Source: Erysipelotrichaceae bacterium
Lineage (GTDB): Bacteria > Bacillota_I > Bacilli_A > RFN20 > CAG-449
Length of the DNA stretch: 64,000 bases
Assembly: GCA_015059045.1 (NCBI GenBank)
Contig: SVBD01000008.1
Location: 9,355-73,354 of the forward strand
Reading direction: 5' to 3'
Shown: piece after piece, positions 50,878 through 63,200 of the stretch
Layout: each line of letters opens with the position of its first letter
Position numbering within the stretch: position 1 is the first letter of the stretch
The notes under the pieces: model-generated
Told to the model about the DNA's origin: nothing
Databases searched by the model: none
What the model saw: only the letters and a program-made list of their open reading frames with translations
Position numbers and translations under genes: made by a program

Positions 50878-51252
50878 ATGGTTCAAACTGAAACAAATTT
50901 AGTTGTAGCTGATAACTCAGGTGCAAGAAGTGTACGCGTCTTCCGCTTATATGGTGGATCAAAAAGAAGATCTGCAAACATTGGTGATGTAGTTCTTTGC
51001 GCAGTAAAAGACGCTATCCCAAATGCAAAAATTAAAAAAGGTGATGTTGTTAAAGGCGTTATCGTAAGAACTAAAAAGGGTATCGCAAGACCAAATGGTT
51101 CTTTCATTAAATTCGATGATAATGCAGTAGTTATTATCAACGAAGATGGTTCCCCAAAAGGAACTCGTGTCTTTGGCCCAATCGCTCGTGAACTTCGTGA
51201 AAAAGGTGAAGGATATATGAAAATTATTTCCTTAGCACCAGAAGTTTTATAG
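50878..51252 (+). CDS. rplN: 50S ribosomal protein L14
   Basis: VADNSGAR. Confidence 0.97.
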   Translation: MVQTETNLVVADNSGARSVRVFRLYGGSKRRSANIGDVVLCAVKDAIPNAKIKKGDVVKGVIVRTKKGIARPNGSFIKFDDNAVVIINEDGSPKGTRVFGPIARELREKGEGYMKIISLAPEVL

Positions 51253-51264
51253 GAGGTACGTCCA

Positions 51265-51573
51265 ATGAAAATCAAAAGAGGCGACAAAGTAATCGTTATT
51301 GCTGGTGCAGATAAAGGAAAAGTTGGCACTGTTCAAAAAGCATTCCCTAAATTAAATAAGGTTGTAATTGACGGCGTTAACGTTCGTAAAAAACACCAAA
51401 AACCAACTCAAGGAAATCCAGATGGATCAATCGTTGAAATTTACGCTCCAATCCACGTTTCAAACGTAGCAGTCTATGATGAAAAAACAAAGAAAGGCTA
51501 CCGTGTTGGATACGATGTAACTGGAGACAAAAAAGTACGTGTCATGAAAAAAGTTGGCACAAAATTAGACTAG
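51265..51573 (+). CDS. rplX: 50S ribosomal protein L24
   Basis: [18 protein letters not shown] (KOW). Confidence 0.95.
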   Translation: MKIKRGDKVIVIAGADKGKVGTVQKAFPKLNKVVIDGVNVRKKHQKPTQGNPDGSIVEIYAPIHVSNVAVYDEKTKKGYRVGYDVTGDKKVRVMKKVGTKLD

Positions 51574-51586
51574 GAGGAAACTGATC

Positions 51587-52141
51587 ATGGCAGAAAGATA
51601 TGTTGCAAGATTAAAAACAAAATATACTTCTGAAGTTGTAGCTAAATTAGTTGAAGCATACAAATATGAATCAGTTATGGAAGTACCACACATTGAAAAA
51701 GTTGTTATCAACATCGGTGTTGGTGATGCTACACAAAACTCAAAGTTATTAGATGATGCAGTTAGAGATTTAACAATCATCGCTGGTCAAAAACCAGTTA
51801 TTACAAAAGCTAAGAAATCAATTGCTTCTTTCAAATTAAGAGAAGGTACAGCTATTGGCTGTAAAGTTACTTTAAGAGGTAACAGAATGTATGAATTCTT
51901 AGACAAATTATTCACAATTTCATTACCACGTGTTAGAGACTTCAGAGGTGTTTCTAGAAACGCATTTGATGGAAAAGGTAACTATACACTTGGTGTTAAA
52001 GAACAATTAATCTTCCCTGAAATTGATTTCGATAAGGTTTCAAAAATCAGAGGTATGGATATTGTTATCGTTACAACAGCAAACAGTGATAAAGAAGCTT
52101 ATACACTTCTTGAATTACTAGGTATGCCGTTTAGCAAATAA
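51587..52141 (+). CDS. rplE: 50S ribosomal protein L5
   Basis: Operon position; NIGVGDA...RGMDI. Confidence 0.95.
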   Translation: MAERYVARLKTKYTSEVVAKLVEAYKYESVMEVPHIEKVVINIGVGDATQNSKLLDDAVRDLTIIAGQKPVITKAKKSIASFKLREGTAIGCKVTLRGNRMYEFLDKLFTISLPRVRDFRGVSRNAFDGKGNYTLGVKEQLIFPEIDFDKVSKIRGMDIVIVTTANSDKEAYTLLELLGMPFSK

Positions 52142-52155
52142 GGAGGAGAAAAAGT

Positions 52156-52341
52156 ATGGCAAAGAAATCATTAATCGCAAAACAAGCTCGTCCTCAAAAA
52201 TTTAAAGTAAGAGAATATTCAAGATGTTCTCGTTGTGGCCGTCCACACTCAGTATTAAAGAAATTCGGCGTTTGCCGTATTTGCTTAAGAGAATTAGCAT
52301 ACAGAGGAGAAATCCCTGGTATGAAAAAATCAAGTTGGTAA
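52156..52341 (+). CDS. rpsZ: 30S ribosomal protein S14 type Z (zinc-binding, 61 aa)
   Basis: [20 protein letters not shown] Cys4. Confidence 0.95.
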   Translation: MAKKSLIAKQARPQKFKVREYSRCSRCGRPHSVLKKFGVCRICLRELAYRGEIPGMKKSSW

Positions 52342-52364
52342 TATAGAAGGAGGAATTATTAATT

Positions 52365-52760
52365 ATGACAATGACAGATCCAATTGCAGATATGCTTACA
52401 AGAATTCGTAACGCTAACGCAATGAAAAGCGCAAAAGTAGTAATGCCTCATTCCAACATGAAAGTTCACATTGCTGAAATTCTTAAGGAAGAAGGCTTTA
52501 TCAATGACTTCACTGTTACAGGTGATGTTAAAAAAGAATTAACATTAAGCTTAAAATATGCTGAATCAGGTGAAAGAGTAATTTCTGGATTAAAGAAAAT
52601 CTCAAAACCAGGTTTACGTATTAACGCTCCAGCTGATAAACTTCCACGTGTCTTAAATGGTTTAGGTATCGCTATCATCTCAACATCTCAAGGTGTTATG
52701 ACTGATAGAAAAGCTAGAAAATTAGGCATCGGCGGCGAAGTTATCGCTTATGTTTGGTAG
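52365..52760 (+). CDS. rpsH: 30S ribosomal protein S8
   Basis: [17 protein letters not shown]. Confidence 0.97.
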   Translation: MTMTDPIADMLTRIRNANAMKSAKVVMPHSNMKVHIAEILKEEGFINDFTVTGDVKKELTLSLKYAESGERVISGLKKISKPGLRINAPADKLPRVLNGLGIAIISTSQGVMTDRKARKLGIGGEVIAYVW

Positions 52761-52772
52761 GAGGTAATAAGA

Positions 52773-53315
52773 ATGTCACGTATTGGTAAAAAACTTATTA
52801 CTCTTCCAGCAGGTGTTACAGTTACAAACAACGACAACGTTGTTACAGTTACTGGTCCTAAAGGAACATTAACAAAAACATTTGATAAAATTATCACTAT
52901 TAATATTAATGGTAATGAAATCACATGTACTCGTCCAAATGACGAAATTAAAGCACGTTCATTACACGGAACTACAAGAGCTTTATTAAACTCAATGGTA
53001 GTTGGTGTATCTGAAGGTTTCAAAAAAGAATTAGAAATCGTCGGTATCGGTTACAGAGCAGCTATGAGAGGAGAAAATATCGTATTAAATATGGGTTATT
53101 CTCACGAAGTAGTAATCAAACCAGAACCAGGCGTAAAAGTAACATGTACTGATGCAACTCACGTAGTTGTTGAAGGTATCGATGCTCAAGCAGTTGGTCA
53201 AACAGCAGCAGTAATTAGAGCAGTTAGAGAACCAGAACCATATAAAGGTAAAGGTATCAAATATAAAGGCGAATTTATCTTACGTAAAGAAGGTAAACGT
53301 GCTGGTAAGAAATAG
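52773..53315 (+). CDS. rplF: 50S ribosomal protein L6
   Basis: MSRIGKKLITLPAGVTV. Confidence 0.97.
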   Translation: MSRIGKKLITLPAGVTVTNNDNVVTVTGPKGTLTKTFDKIITININGNEITCTRPNDEIKARSLHGTTRALLNSMVVGVSEGFKKELEIVGIGYRAAMRGENIVLNMGYSHEVVIKPEPGVKVTCTDATHVVVEGIDAQAVGQTAAVIRAVREPEPYKGKGIKYKGEFILRKEGKRAGKK

Positions 53316-53339
53316 TAACTCAAGAAAGGAAATAGGAAT

Positions 53340-53696
53340 ATGATTAATAAACAATCTAAAAACGTTAGTCGTGTTAGACGTCACTTACGTGTACGTGCTA
53401 AAATCTCTGGAACACCAGAATGCCCTCGCTTGAGTGTATTTCGTTCCAACAAACACATCCATGCTCAAATCATTGACGATGTCAATGGAGTAACATTAGT
53501 AGCATGTTCTTCAGTTAGCTTAAAATTAGCAAACGGTGGAAACATCGAAGCAGCAGCTCAAGTTGGTGCTGGAATTGCTAAATTAGCTATTGAAAAAGGA
53601 ATTAGTAAAGTTGTATTCGATCGTTCAGGTTATGTTTACCACGGTCGTGTAAAACAAGTAGCAGAAGCAGCTCGTGAAGCTGGCTTAGTATTCTAG
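53340..53696 (+). CDS. rplR: 50S ribosomal protein L18
   Basis: [18 protein letters not shown]. Confidence 0.95.
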   Translation: MINKQSKNVSRVRRHLRVRAKISGTPECPRLSVFRSNKHIHAQIIDDVNGVTLVACSSVSLKLANGGNIEAAAQVGAGIAKLAIEKGISKVVFDRSGYVYHGRVKQVAEAAREAGLVF

Positions 53697-53708
53697 GAGG
53701 ATTCATTG

Positions 53709-54299
53709 ATGGCAGAAGAAAAAGTAGTAGTAGCTCCAGTAGAAGCTACTGAAGAACCAAAAAGAGCTCCTAGAGGTGACAGACCTCAAAGAGGCCCAAG
53801 AAAAGACGGTAAAAAACCTTTCGATAGAAAAAAATCTTTTGAAAAACAATATGAAGAAAGAGTTGTTTCTATTAACAGAATTTCAAAAACTGTTAAAGGT
53901 GGACGTCGTATGCGTTTCGCTGCATTAGTAGTTATCGGTGATGGCAAAGGTAACTTCGGTTACGGAACTGGTAAAGCTCAAGAAGTACCAGATGCAATCA
54001 AGAAAGCTGAAGAAGCAGCAAAGAAAAATATGTTCCACATAACAATTGTTAAAAATGGAACAATTTCTCATGATATTAACGGTTTATTTGGCGCTTGCCA
54101 AGTTTACTTAAAACCAGCTCCTGAAGGTACTGGAGTTATCGCTGGTGGACCAGTACGTGCTGTATTAGAATTAGCAGGTATCAAAAATATCTACTCTAAA
54201 GTATATGGCTCAAGAACTCCAATTAACTGTATCAGAGCAACTGTTGATGGTTTAGTTAATCTCAAAACAAGTGCACAAGTAGCTGCACTTCGTAAATAA
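53709..54299 (+). CDS. rpsE: 30S ribosomal protein S5
   Basis: [27 protein letters not shown]; ATG 8 nt after AGGAGG (ORF track starts at TTG 53706). Confidence 0.95.
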   Translation: MAEEKVVVAPVEATEEPKRAPRGDRPQRGPRKDGKKPFDRKKSFEKQYEERVVSINRISKTVKGGRRMRFAALVVIGDGKGNFGYGTGKAQEVPDAIKKAEEAAKKNMFHITIVKNGTISHDINGLFGACQVYLKPAPEGTGVIAGGPVRAVLELAGIKNIYSKVYGSRTPINCIRATVDGLVNLKTSAQVAALRK

Positions 54300-54313
54300 G
54301 GAGGTTAAATAAC

Positions 54314-54754
54314 ATGAAACTTAATGAATTAAAATACACTGAAGGATCAAGACCAACAGCAAAAAGAATTTGTCGTGGTATTGGTTCTGGCTTAGGCAAA
54401 AACGGTGGATCAGGACACAAAGGTCAAAAATCAAGAAGTGGTGGCGGAGTTCGCCCTGGCTTTGAAGGTGGTCAAAACCCAATCTACCGTAGATTACCAA
54501 AAAGAGGATTCACAAACTTCACACGTGTAGTTTATGGTGTTGTTAACGTTCGTGATCTAAATAAATTAGATGATGGTGCAGTAGTTACTCCAGCATACTT
54601 AGTAGAAAAAGGCTTAGTTGCTTCTGATTGCAAATTAGTCAAAGTATTAGGTGATGGTGAATTAACAAAGAAATTAAGCGTTTCTGCTCACAAATTCTCT
54701 AAATCTGCTGAAGAAGCAATCAAAAATGCCGGCGGATCTGTAGAGGTAATCTAA
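54314..54754 (+). CDS. rplO: 50S ribosomal protein L15
   Basis: MKLNELKY...[20 protein letters not shown]. Follows rpsE directly, with no rpmD between them. Confidence 0.95.
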   Translation: MKLNELKYTEGSRPTAKRICRGIGSGLGKNGGSGHKGQKSRSGGGVRPGFEGGQNPIYRRLPKRGFTNFTRVVYGVVNVRDLNKLDDGAVVTPAYLVEKGLVASDCKLVKVLGDGELTKKLSVSAHKFSKSAEEAIKNAGGSVEVI

Positions 54755-54755
54755 T

Positions 54756-56102
54756 ATGAAAAAGTTGGTTGCCATATTTAAAAACAAGGACATTAGAGAT
54801 CGCATCCTATTCACTATTATGATTTTCTTCGTATATCGTATAGGATGTAATATCGTTGTTCCTGGTGTCACATTGAGTGATTCAATTGGTGATACAGACT
54901 TATTAAGTTTAATGAACTTAATGGGTGGTGGCGCCTTACAAAACTTTTCTGTGTTTGCTTTGGGGGTTTCTCCTTACATCACAGCATCAATTATCGTTGA
55001 ACTATTATCAAAAGATGTTCTTCCAGCATTAACTGAGTTAACAAAACAAGGTCAATCAGGAAGAAAGAAAATTGAAATGACTAACCGTATTCTTACATTA
55101 GTATTAGGTGCAGTACAAGGTTATGGTATTATCGTAACAATGTATAATTCAGGTGCAATTACTTTCACTGAAACATTAGATACTTGGATGTATATTAAAA
55201 CAATCATCATTATGATGGCTGGCTCAATGTTAGTTATGTGGATGGCAGACCAAATTACTCAAAAGGGTATTGGTAATGGTGTCTCAATGTTAATTTTCGC
55301 AGGTATTGTTTCAAGTCTTCCTTCACAAATCTTCTCAGCAGTTCAATACTTCGTTTCAAGCGAATTAATGACTGAAGAAGTAAGAATTGTTCAAGGTGCA
55401 TTAAAACTTGGATTATACTTAGCAACATTCGTCTTTATTATTGTATTCGTTACATTTATCGAAAAATCAATTAGAAAGATTCCAGTTCAACACTCAGGTA
55501 CAGGTGGAGCATTAAACGCTAAAGTTAATAATACTTCGTTCTTACCAATCAAAATTAACTCAGCTGGTGTTATTCCAGTTATCTTCGCAGGTTCATTATT
55601 AATGGCTCCAGCAGTTATCGTAAGTTTCATTGTTGAAGATTATACTTCAAATGAAACAATTACAAATATTCTTAACATCTTCAACCAATCAGCATTGACA
55701 GAAATGCCTTGGTTTGATGGAAGTACGTGGTACATGCCTTGGGGATTAATTATCTATGTACTACTAATCTTCGCTTTCAGTTTCTTCTATTCTAACTTAA
55801 CAATTAATCCTGAAAATCTTGCAGAAGATTTCCAAAAAAGAGGAACTTACATTCCTGGAGTTAGACCTGGTAATGAAACACAAAGATATGTTGGTAAAGT
55901 TTTAAATAGAGTTACATTCTTAGGAGCTACAGCATTAACATTTATCGCTGCTTTCCCAGTAATATTAACTCTACTTGAAATCGTTCCTCAATCATTAGCC
56001 CTTGGAGGAACAGGTATGATTATCGTCGTTGGTGTTGCTTTAGAAACATCACATCAAATCGATGGTCTAATCGCTTCGCAATCACATGCAAGCGTAGCAT
56101 AA
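54756..56102 (+). CDS. secY: Preprotein translocase subunit SecY
   Basis: 10 TM; operon position; GALQNFSVFALGVSPYITASII. Confidence 0.95.
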   Translation: MKKLVAIFKNKDIRDRILFTIMIFFVYRIGCNIVVPGVTLSDSIGDTDLLSLMNLMGGGALQNFSVFALGVSPYITASIIVELLSKDVLPALTELTKQGQSGRKKIEMTNRILTLVLGAVQGYGIIVTMYNSGAITFTETLDTWMYIKTIIIMMAGSMLVMWMADQITQKGIGNGVSMLIFAGIVSSLPSQIFSAVQYFVSSELMTEEVRIVQGALKLGLYLATFVFIIVFVTFIEKSIRKIPVQHSGTGGALNAKVNNTSFLPIKINSAGVIPVIFAGSLLMAPAVIVSFIVEDYTSNETITNILNIFNQSALTEMPWFDGSTWYMPWGLIIYVLLIFAFSFFYSNLTINPENLAEDFQKRGTYIPGVRPGNETQRYVGKVLNRVTFLGATALTFIAAFPVILTLLEIVPQSLALGGTGMIIVVGVALETSHQIDGLIASQSHASVA

Positions 56103-56117
56103 GGAGGTTTATAAAAT

Positions 56118-56768
56118 ATGAATATCATTTTAATGGGCCCACCTGGTGCTGGTAAGGGTACTCAATCAGAAAGAATTCTTGAATATGTAAAGATTCCACA
56201 TATTTCTACAGGAGATATGTTTAGAGAAGCTATCAAAAATCAAACTGATTTAGGAAAGCTAGCTCAATCTTACATTAATGCAGGAAATCTTGTTCCTGAT
56301 GAAGTTACAATCGCTTTAGTAAAAGAAAGATTATCTAGAGATGATTGTAAAGATGGCTATTTACTTGATGGTTTCCCAAGAACTATCCCTCAAGCAGAGG
56401 CATTACAAGTAATGGCTAAAGAAATCTCACGTCCAGTTGAATTAGTAATTAACATTACAGCAGACAAAGAAGAATTAGTTAAACGTATCTCTGGTAGACG
56501 CGTTTGTCCAAAATGTGGAAATTCTTATCACGTAAGTTTCAAACTTCCAAAAGTTGATGGAATTTGCGATGCATGCGGTAGTGAATTAGTTCAAAGAAAA
56601 GATGACACAATCGAAAGTTTAAATGTGAGATTAGATGCCTATGAAAACCAAACTAAACCTTTAATTGATTTCTATAGTAATTTAGGATTATGTAAGGAAG
56701 TTAATGGTCTTCAAGACATAAATGATGTATTTAAAGACATTCAAAAGATACTTGATGAGGTTAAGTAA
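56118..56768 (+). CDS. adk: Adenylate kinase (zinc-binding lid)
   Basis: P-loop GPPGAGKGTQ; lid CPKCG...CDACG. Confidence 0.95.
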   Translation: MNIILMGPPGAGKGTQSERILEYVKIPHISTGDMFREAIKNQTDLGKLAQSYINAGNLVPDEVTIALVKERLSRDDCKDGYLLDGFPRTIPQAEALQVMAKEISRPVELVINITADKEELVKRISGRRVCPKCGNSYHVSFKLPKVDGICDACGSELVQRKDDTIESLNVRLDAYENQTKPLIDFYSNLGLCKEVNGLQDINDVFKDIQKILDEVK

Positions 56769-56771
56769 TTC

Positions 56772-57530
56772 ATGATATCTATCAAATCTAGTAGAGAAAT
56801 TGCTTTAATGAAAAAAGCAGGACATATCTTAGCTAACGTATTTGAAGTACTTGAACCTTTATGTAAACCTGGTATTACTACGAACCACCTTTCCCAAGTT
56901 GCGGAAAAGGTGATTCGTGAAGCTGGGGGCATCCCAGAAGAAAAAGGATACTATGGATATCCCGCTGCAATTTGCGCATCAGTCAACGAAGAAGTTGTGC
57001 ATGGAATTCCATCAAATCGCAAATTGAGAAATGGAGATATCATATCAATTGATATTGTAGTATCATATCAAGGTTACATGGCAGACGCATGTCGAACATT
57101 CAAGGTAGGTAATGTGTCTAGTAATGCTGAAAAGCTTGTTAGAGTTACTGAAGAATGTTTCTTCAAAGCGATGGAATTTGCAAAACCAGGAAATCGAATT
57201 GGCGATTTATCTAGTGCAATTCAAAAACACGCTGAAGCTAATGACTTTAACGTAACTCGCGATTTTACAGGACATGGATTAGGCAAAGAAATGCATGAAG
57301 ATCCAATGGTTCCAAACTTTGGAACTCCAGGAACTGGACCTATATTAAAAGAAGGAATGACTCTTGCGGTCGAACCAATTATCTTAGAAGGAAGAAAAGA
57401 TGTATTTATTCTTCCTGATGAATGGACAGCAGTAACATGTGATAGAAAATTAGCTGCCCATTACGAAAATTCCATTGTTATTACAAAAGATGGTTACGAA
57501 ATTATAACCAAGAAGAGTGAAGGGGAATAG
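56772..57530 (+). CDS. map: Methionine aminopeptidase type I
   Basis: Metal ligands D..D..H..E..E; pita-bread fold sequence. Confidence 0.93.
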   Translation: MISIKSSREIALMKKAGHILANVFEVLEPLCKPGITTNHLSQVAEKVIREAGGIPEEKGYYGYPAAICASVNEEVVHGIPSNRKLRNGDIISIDIVVSYQGYMADACRTFKVGNVSSNAEKLVRVTEECFFKAMEFAKPGNRIGDLSSAIQKHAEANDFNVTRDFTGHGLGKEMHEDPMVPNFGTPGTGPILKEGMTLAVEPIILEGRKDVFILPDEWTAVTCDRKLAAHYENSIVITKDGYEIITKKSEGE

Positions 57531-57534
57531 AAGA

Positions 57535-57753
57535 ATGGCTAAAAATGACGTCATAGAAGTAGAAGCGGTTGTCGTTGAAACATTACCTAACGCACAATTT
57601 AAGGTAAAACTTGAAAACGGCATAGTAATTCTTGCCCACGTTTCTGGTAAAATCCGTATGAATTACATTCGCATCTTACCAGGTGATAGAGTTACTGTAG
57701 AAATATCGCCATATGATTTAACACGTGGTAGAATAACATTTAGATACAAATAG
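57535..57753 (+). CDS. infA: Translation initiation factor IF-1
   Basis: [29 protein letters not shown]; start at the internal ATG of the ORF-track entry. Confidence 0.93.
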   Translation: MAKNDVIEVEAVVVETLPNAQFKVKLENGIVILAHVSGKIRMNYIRILPGDRVTVEISPYDLTRGRITFRYK

Positions 57754-57799
57754 TATCGGCTAGATTCATAAAGCTAGCATTAAGTAGGAGGAAAAATTT

Positions 57800-57913
57800 A
57801 TGAAAGTTAGACCTTCAGTAAAACCAATTTGTGACAAGTGTAAGGTTATCCGCAGAAAAGGCCGTATAATGGTAATCTGCATTAACCCAAAACACAAACA
57901 AAGACAAGGTTAA
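57800..57913 (+). CDS. rpmJ: 50S ribosomal protein L36 (37 aa; absent from the ORF track)
   Basis: Manual translation [37 protein letters not shown] with GGAGG RBS upstream. Confidence 0.93.
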   Translation: MKVRPSVKPICDKCKVIRRKGRIMVICINPKHKQRQG

Positions 57914-57931
57914 TTTTAGGAGGATATTAAA

Positions 57932-58306
57932 ATGGCACGTATTGTAGGTGTAGACATTCCAAATGATAAGCAAGTTGCTTATTCATTAACTTATATCTAT
58001 GGTATTGGATTATCTACTGCAAAAGAAATTTTAAATGCAGTTAACATTGATCCAACAATCAGAGTTAAAGATTTAAGTGAAGAACAATTAACAACAATCA
58101 GAAACGAAGTTTCTAAATACAAAACAGAAGGTGATTTACGTAGAGAAGTCGCTCTTAATATCAAGAGATTACAAGAAATCGGTTGCTACCGTGGATTAAG
58201 ACACAGAAGAGGTCTTCCAGTTCGTGGACAAAGAACAAAGAACAACGCTCGTACACGTAAAGGACCAAGAAAAACAATTGCAAATAAGAAAGTTGCAACT
58301 AAATAG
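57932..58306 (+). CDS. rpsM: 30S ribosomal protein S13
   Basis: [10 protein letters not shown]. Confidence 0.97.
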   Translation: MARIVGVDIPNDKQVAYSLTYIYGIGLSTAKEILNAVNIDPTIRVKDLSEEQLTTIRNEVSKYKTEGDLRREVALNIKRLQEIGCYRGLRHRRGLPVRGQRTKNNARTRKGPRKTIANKKVATK

Positions 58307-58325
58307 TTAGAAAGGGGAAAGAACA

Positions 58326-58718
58326 ATGGCAAGTAAAAGACCAACTACTCGTAAAAAGAGAATTAAGAGAAGTTATACTAAAGGTGTTGCACACATTCAT
58401 TCTACCTTTAATAACACAATTATTACTATTACTGATGAAGCAGGAAATGCAATCGCATGGTCAAGTGCTGGTGCATTAGGCTACAAAGGAGCTAAAAAAT
58501 CTACTCCATTTGCAGCTCAATTAGCAGCAGAAGCTTGTGCTAAAGCTGCTTTAGATCAAGGCTTAAAAACAGTTGATGTTGATGTAAAAGGACCTGGTCC
58601 AGGTCGTGAATCTGCATTAAGAAGCTTACAAGCTGCTGGATTACAAATTCAAACTATTACAGATACAACACCAATCCCACATAATGGTTGCCGCCCACCA
58701 AAGCGTCCACGTGGTTAG
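58326..58718 (+). CDS. rpsK: 30S ribosomal protein S11
   Basis: [18 protein letters not shown]. Confidence 0.97.
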   Translation: MASKRPTTRKKRIKRSYTKGVAHIHSTFNNTIITITDEAGNAIAWSSAGALGYKGAKKSTPFAAQLAAEACAKAALDQGLKTVDVDVKGPGPGRESALRSLQAAGLQIQTITDTTPIPHNGCRPPKRPRG

Positions 58719-58767
58719 TCGTGTAAACTAACTAAAACAAAACAAATTTTAACCAGGGAGGATCGCT

Positions 58768-59718
58768 ATGAAAAAATTTGAAAAACCAGGATTTAAAATT
58801 GCAGAATACAATTCAGATACAAATTATGGTCACTTTGTTATCGAACCTTTAGAAAGAGGCTTTGGTACAACTTTAGGTAATGCATTAAGAAGAGTTCTTC
58901 TTTCTTCTTTACCTGGAGCAAGTGTATATGCAATTGAAGTAGAAGGAGCACGTCACGAATTCTCTTCTCTTGATGGAGTTGAAGAAGACGTTACATCTAT
59001 CGTCTTGAGCTTAAAAGATTTAGTTTTAAAGATTTCTGATGAAACTGAAACTTCTCACAAATTAACACTTTGTGTTACAGAAGCTCGTGAAGTTACAGCA
59101 GGCGATATTGTTTGCCCAACTGGAGTTGAAATCATTAACAAAGACTTAGTTCTTGCTCACGTTAATGAAGGTGGTAAATTAGCAATGACTATCTATTGCC
59201 GTAATGGTAGAGGATATGTTACTGCTGAAGGAAACAAAGATGCAAATTTCCCTATTGGAGTTATTCCAACAGATTCTAATTATTCTCCAATTACAAAATG
59301 TTCGTGCGTAGTTGAAAATACTCGTGTTGGGCATAACAATAATTATGACAAATTAGATATGGAAATCTGGACAAACGGTTCTATGCAAGCACATGAAGCA
59401 ATTGCTTTAGCAGCAAAAATCTTAGTATCTCACTTTGAATTATTCGTTGAATTAAGCGAAAAAGCTCAATCTCAAGATATTCTTGCAGAAACTGTTGAAG
59501 AACCAAAGAATAAATATCAAGATATGACAATCGAAGAATTAGTCTTATCGGTTCGTTCATCTAACTGTTTAAAAAGAGCAAATATCTCTACAGTTATTGA
59601 ATTAACACAAAAAACTGAAGAAGACATGATGAAAGTCAGAAACTTAGGTAAAAAATCATTAAAAGAAGTTAAAGAAAAATTACAAGCAATTGGTCTTGGC
59701 TTCAGAGAATACGAATAG
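58768..59718 (+). CDS. rpoA: DNA-directed RNA polymerase subunit alpha
   Basis: N-terminal dimerisation domain and C-terminal domain (LSVRSSNCLKRANI). Confidence 0.95.
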   Translation: MKKFEKPGFKIAEYNSDTNYGHFVIEPLERGFGTTLGNALRRVLLSSLPGASVYAIEVEGARHEFSSLDGVEEDVTSIVLSLKDLVLKISDETETSHKLTLCVTEAREVTAGDIVCPTGVEIINKDLVLAHVNEGGKLAMTIYCRNGRGYVTAEGNKDANFPIGVIPTDSNYSPITKCSCVVENTRVGHNNNYDKLDMEIWTNGSMQAHEAIALAAKILVSHFELFVELSEKAQSQDILAETVEEPKNKYQDMTIEELVLSVRSSNCLKRANISTVIELTQKTEEDMMKVRNLGKKSLKEVKEKLQAIGLGFREYE

Positions 59719-59735
59719 AAAGGAGCCTTAAGTAA

Positions 59736-60140
59736 ATGAGTACACAAGGACGTAAAAATGTTCATGGTAAAGGTGGCGTAAGATTTAAAGCTGCTTATAC
59801 AAAGAGCAAATATGAATCAATGTTAAGAACTTTAGTTACAGATTTAATTGTTCACGAAACAGTTACAGTAACTTTAGCTACAGCAAAAGAATTATCAGCT
59901 TTAGCAGATAAATTAGTTACTCTTGGAAAAAGAGGAGATTTACACGCTAGAAGATTAGCTGCTAGAACAGTTAGAGATGTTTGGGCAGATGAAAAAAACA
60001 AAGTTACAGCACTTCAAAAATTATTTGGTGAAATCGCTACATTACATAAAGATCGTAACGGTGGATATACAAAAGTTTTAAAAGTAACTAATAGACGTGG
60101 AGATAACGCTCCAATGGCTATTGTAACTTGGACAAGATAA
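59736..60140 (+). CDS. rplQ: 50S ribosomal protein L17 (with about 20-aa N-terminal extension)
   Basis: LVTLGKRGDLHARRLAA...GGYTKVLK. Confidence 0.9.
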   Translation: MSTQGRKNVHGKGGVRFKAAYTKSKYESMLRTLVTDLIVHETVTVTLATAKELSALADKLVTLGKRGDLHARRLAARTVRDVWADEKNKVTALQKLFGEIATLHKDRNGGYTKVLKVTNRRGDNAPMAIVTWTR

Positions 60141-60157
60141 TTAATTTCTAAAAAATT

Positions 60158-60183
60158 AACCTTCCTTATGGAAGGTTTTTTTA
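60158..60183 (+). terminator. Rho-independent terminator ending the ribosomal operon
   Basis: aaccttcc-ttat-ggaaggtt followed by tttttatttg. Confidence 0.8.
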
Positions 60184-60203
60184 TTTGTTAAGATTATTAA
60201 ATT

Positions 60204-60272
60204 GACTAATTTAATATATTAAATTATCATTTAATTGTAATAAGGAAAATATTTTTATCGTGGGTATAAAAG
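60204..60272 (+). promoter_or_regulatory. Promoter region for the large lipoprotein gene (TTGACT-N17-TATCAT, plus extended -10 TGgTATAAA closer to the gene)
   Basis: ttgact aatttaatatattaaat tatcat at 60204-60232. tgggtataaa at 60264-60272. RBS aaaggaga at 60287. Confidence 0.4.
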
Positions 60273-60299
60273 TGTTTCTTTAAAAAAAGGAGAAAAAAT

Positions 60300-63200
60300 A
60301 TGAAAATGAAAAAGATTTTTATGTTTATGCCATTTCTTTTGGCTGGCTTTCTTTTAACTTTGGCATCATGTGGTAATCTTGGTGGCGGAGGAAGTTCCGT
60401 TAGTGGCGGAGGCAAGGGTGAACATAATTGGACCCTTGTAACTGGAAAACCTGCTACATGTCAAGAAGAAGGTATGAAAGACTATTATACTTGTAGTCAT
60501 TGTAACGAGTATAAAGGTACAGATGGATCTATTTATACAAGTTTAGATGAATTTATTCTTCCTAGAGTAGATCATAATTATAACTATGTTGGAGGATTTA
60601 CTGGATGTGAAGGCGAAGGCTTAAAAACTCACTTCACATGTGAATATTGTGATACTTTATTTGATGAATATAAAAATCCTACAACTGAAGAAGAGCTTAA
60701 AGTAATTGGACAACATAATTTAAATTATGTATATGGTTATGAAGCTAGTTGTACTTCTGAAGGAAGAGTAGCTTATTATGAATGTTTAAAATGTATGGAA
60801 TGTTTTGAAGATGAAAATGCTACAGTAAAAATTAATAGAGAAGATACAATCATTCCTTCAACTCATAATTTAACTCATTATGACGAAGTTAAAGCAACAT
60901 GTGATAATTCTGGTAATAAAGAATACTGGCATTGTAACTCTTGTTATACTTATTTCTTAAGTGAAGAAGCTGTCACTAGTGCTGAATGGAGTGAAATCTA
61001 TTTACCTCAATTACAACACTCTTTTACTAAATATGAAGTTGAAAGTGAAGAAACATGTGAAACAGATAGAGTAGAAGTAGCTCATTGTGATCACGAAGGT
61101 TGTGATGAAATAGATACTAAAACAATTGAAAATTCTAAATTAGGTCACAACTTTGTTGATGGAAAATGTACAAATTGTCAATGTGATGAATTTTCTGAAG
61201 GTTTAGAATATTATATTGAAATCGATGAAAATGATGAAGCAGGTATTGTTATTACAGGTTTAGGAACTTGTACGGATAGAGATATTATTATTCCTGAAAA
61301 ATTAAAGGGAATACCAGTAGTTGCTGTCAATTTTTACTATTCAATTGATATTGATTCTATTTATATTCCTAATACTGTTAGAAGTATTCGTAGAATTAAT
61401 TCTTCTTCTTTAAAAGAAGTTATTTTTGATGAAAATTGTGCTCTTGAAGAATTAGAATATGAAGCATTTAGATGGTGTACATCTTTAGAATCGCTTTCAC
61501 TTCCTCAATCTTGTCAAAAGATTGGAAGTTACGCATTTGCTGATTGTACATCATTAAAACATATTAATTTAGATTTTGTTGTTGAAATTGATGAATACGC
61601 ATTTGCTGATTGTACATCTTTAGAATCTGTTTCAATTCAAAGAGCAACAAAAATTGGAGCTAATGCATTCTATAATACAACTGGTTTAGGTAGAGTAGAA
61701 ATGAACCAAGCTACCGCTTTAGAAACTATTGGTTTTTATTGCTTTAGAAACAGTGGACTTACTTACATCTCTTTACCAAAATCATTATCTAAGATTGCAG
61801 AAAGAGCATTTGAGGATTGTCATAATTTAGAAACTGTAGTATTCCAACAAGGTAATACTTATATTGATGAATATGCTTTCTTTGGATGTGATTCGTTAAA
61901 GGAAATTAATTTACCAAAATCAATAGTTTCTATTGGTGATTCAGCATTTAAAGATTGTGCTTCATTAGAAGTAGTTAAAATGGATTCTACTGTTTTAGAA
62001 ACAGTTGGTGAATCAGCATTTGAAGGTTGTGAATCGTTAAAAGAAATTTACATGCCAAATAATACTGATGTCGATTTCTTAGCAGGCGCATTCATAGATG
62101 CTGAAGCTATTGAAACAGTATATATTTCAAATACTCATGTAAATCAATGGTTAACATATAACTTTAGCGATGAAACATCTAACCCATTATATGTTGGTAA
62201 TGTAACAGTTAAAGCGTATGTTTCTCAAGTCAATGATTATGTAGAGATTGATGGTATTGATTTAACAACAACTTATGGAACAACAGTTCCTCACTATGCA
62301 TTCTATAATACTAAATATGAAATTAAAGGATTAGAATCAGTTATTTTTGCTGGAGATTATGCTTTTGCAAAAGTTGACACATTAGTTAATATATATCTAG
62401 ATAAATGTGCGTTTATTGGTGTTGGGGCTTTCTCTGATTGTAAAAATTTAGAAACTGTCCGTTTCTTGACTATTGATAGTCCAACTCCTGCAGCAATCTG
62501 CGGACGTGCGTTTGCTGGTTGTGATAAGATTACAAACTTAGTCATCCCTGATTATATTGATGAATTTGGCATGGGTGCATTTGATGGCTTATTTAATTTA
62601 AGATCATTATCACTTCCATTTATTGGTTTAGAAAATAAGAGTAGTGAAGATACATATCAATATCCTTTAGGTATTTTATTCTCAAGAGAATCTACTTCTG
62701 GAGTTGATACATATTCTGTCACTCAACAATACTATAAAGATAGCTTAAATAATTTAGTTAGTGAGACTTTCTATATCCCTAGTTCATTGAAACATCTCAG
62801 TGTAACTTCTCAAGAAGAATTATTAACAGGCTCATTAATGAATATTAAACTTGATTCATTAACAATTAACGAAAATTGTTTAACTTTAAATAACAATTAT
62901 AACATTTCTGGTGATTCCTTAATTAAACACTTTGTTTATGAGGGTACTTTAGAAAAATGGTTTAGAGCGAAAATTATCGGATTAACTTATACAGGTGATT
63001 ATTTCTATACATATGAAGATGGCGTTAGAACTTTACTTGAACATATTGTAATTCCTGAAAATATTATTAACATCAATAGCAATTTATTCCATGGAGTACA
63101 AAGTGTTAGATCATTAACAATTGATCATAAAGTATTATGTAATGTTAATTATGCATTCTTATGTCCAAATCTTTATGAAATTTATATTACAGCTGATCCA

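Noticed and set aside
46191-52678. Multiple short minus-strand or off-frame ORFs inside the ribosomal protein operon (e.g. 46191-46403, 49302-49643, 50883-51329, 52466-52678, 52748-53023)
   Set aside because: They are antisense or out of frame to highly conserved ribosomal protein genes.
54674-54871. 65-aa minus-strand ORF across the rplO/secY junction
   Set aside because: It is antisense to conserved genes.
60227-60415. 62-aa minus-strand ORF spanning the promoter and start of the giant lipoprotein gene
   Set aside because: It overlaps the RBS and signal-peptide region of a much better supported plus-strand gene.
62357-62545. 62-aa minus-strand ORF inside the LRR region
   Set aside because: It is antisense to the open lipoprotein frame.
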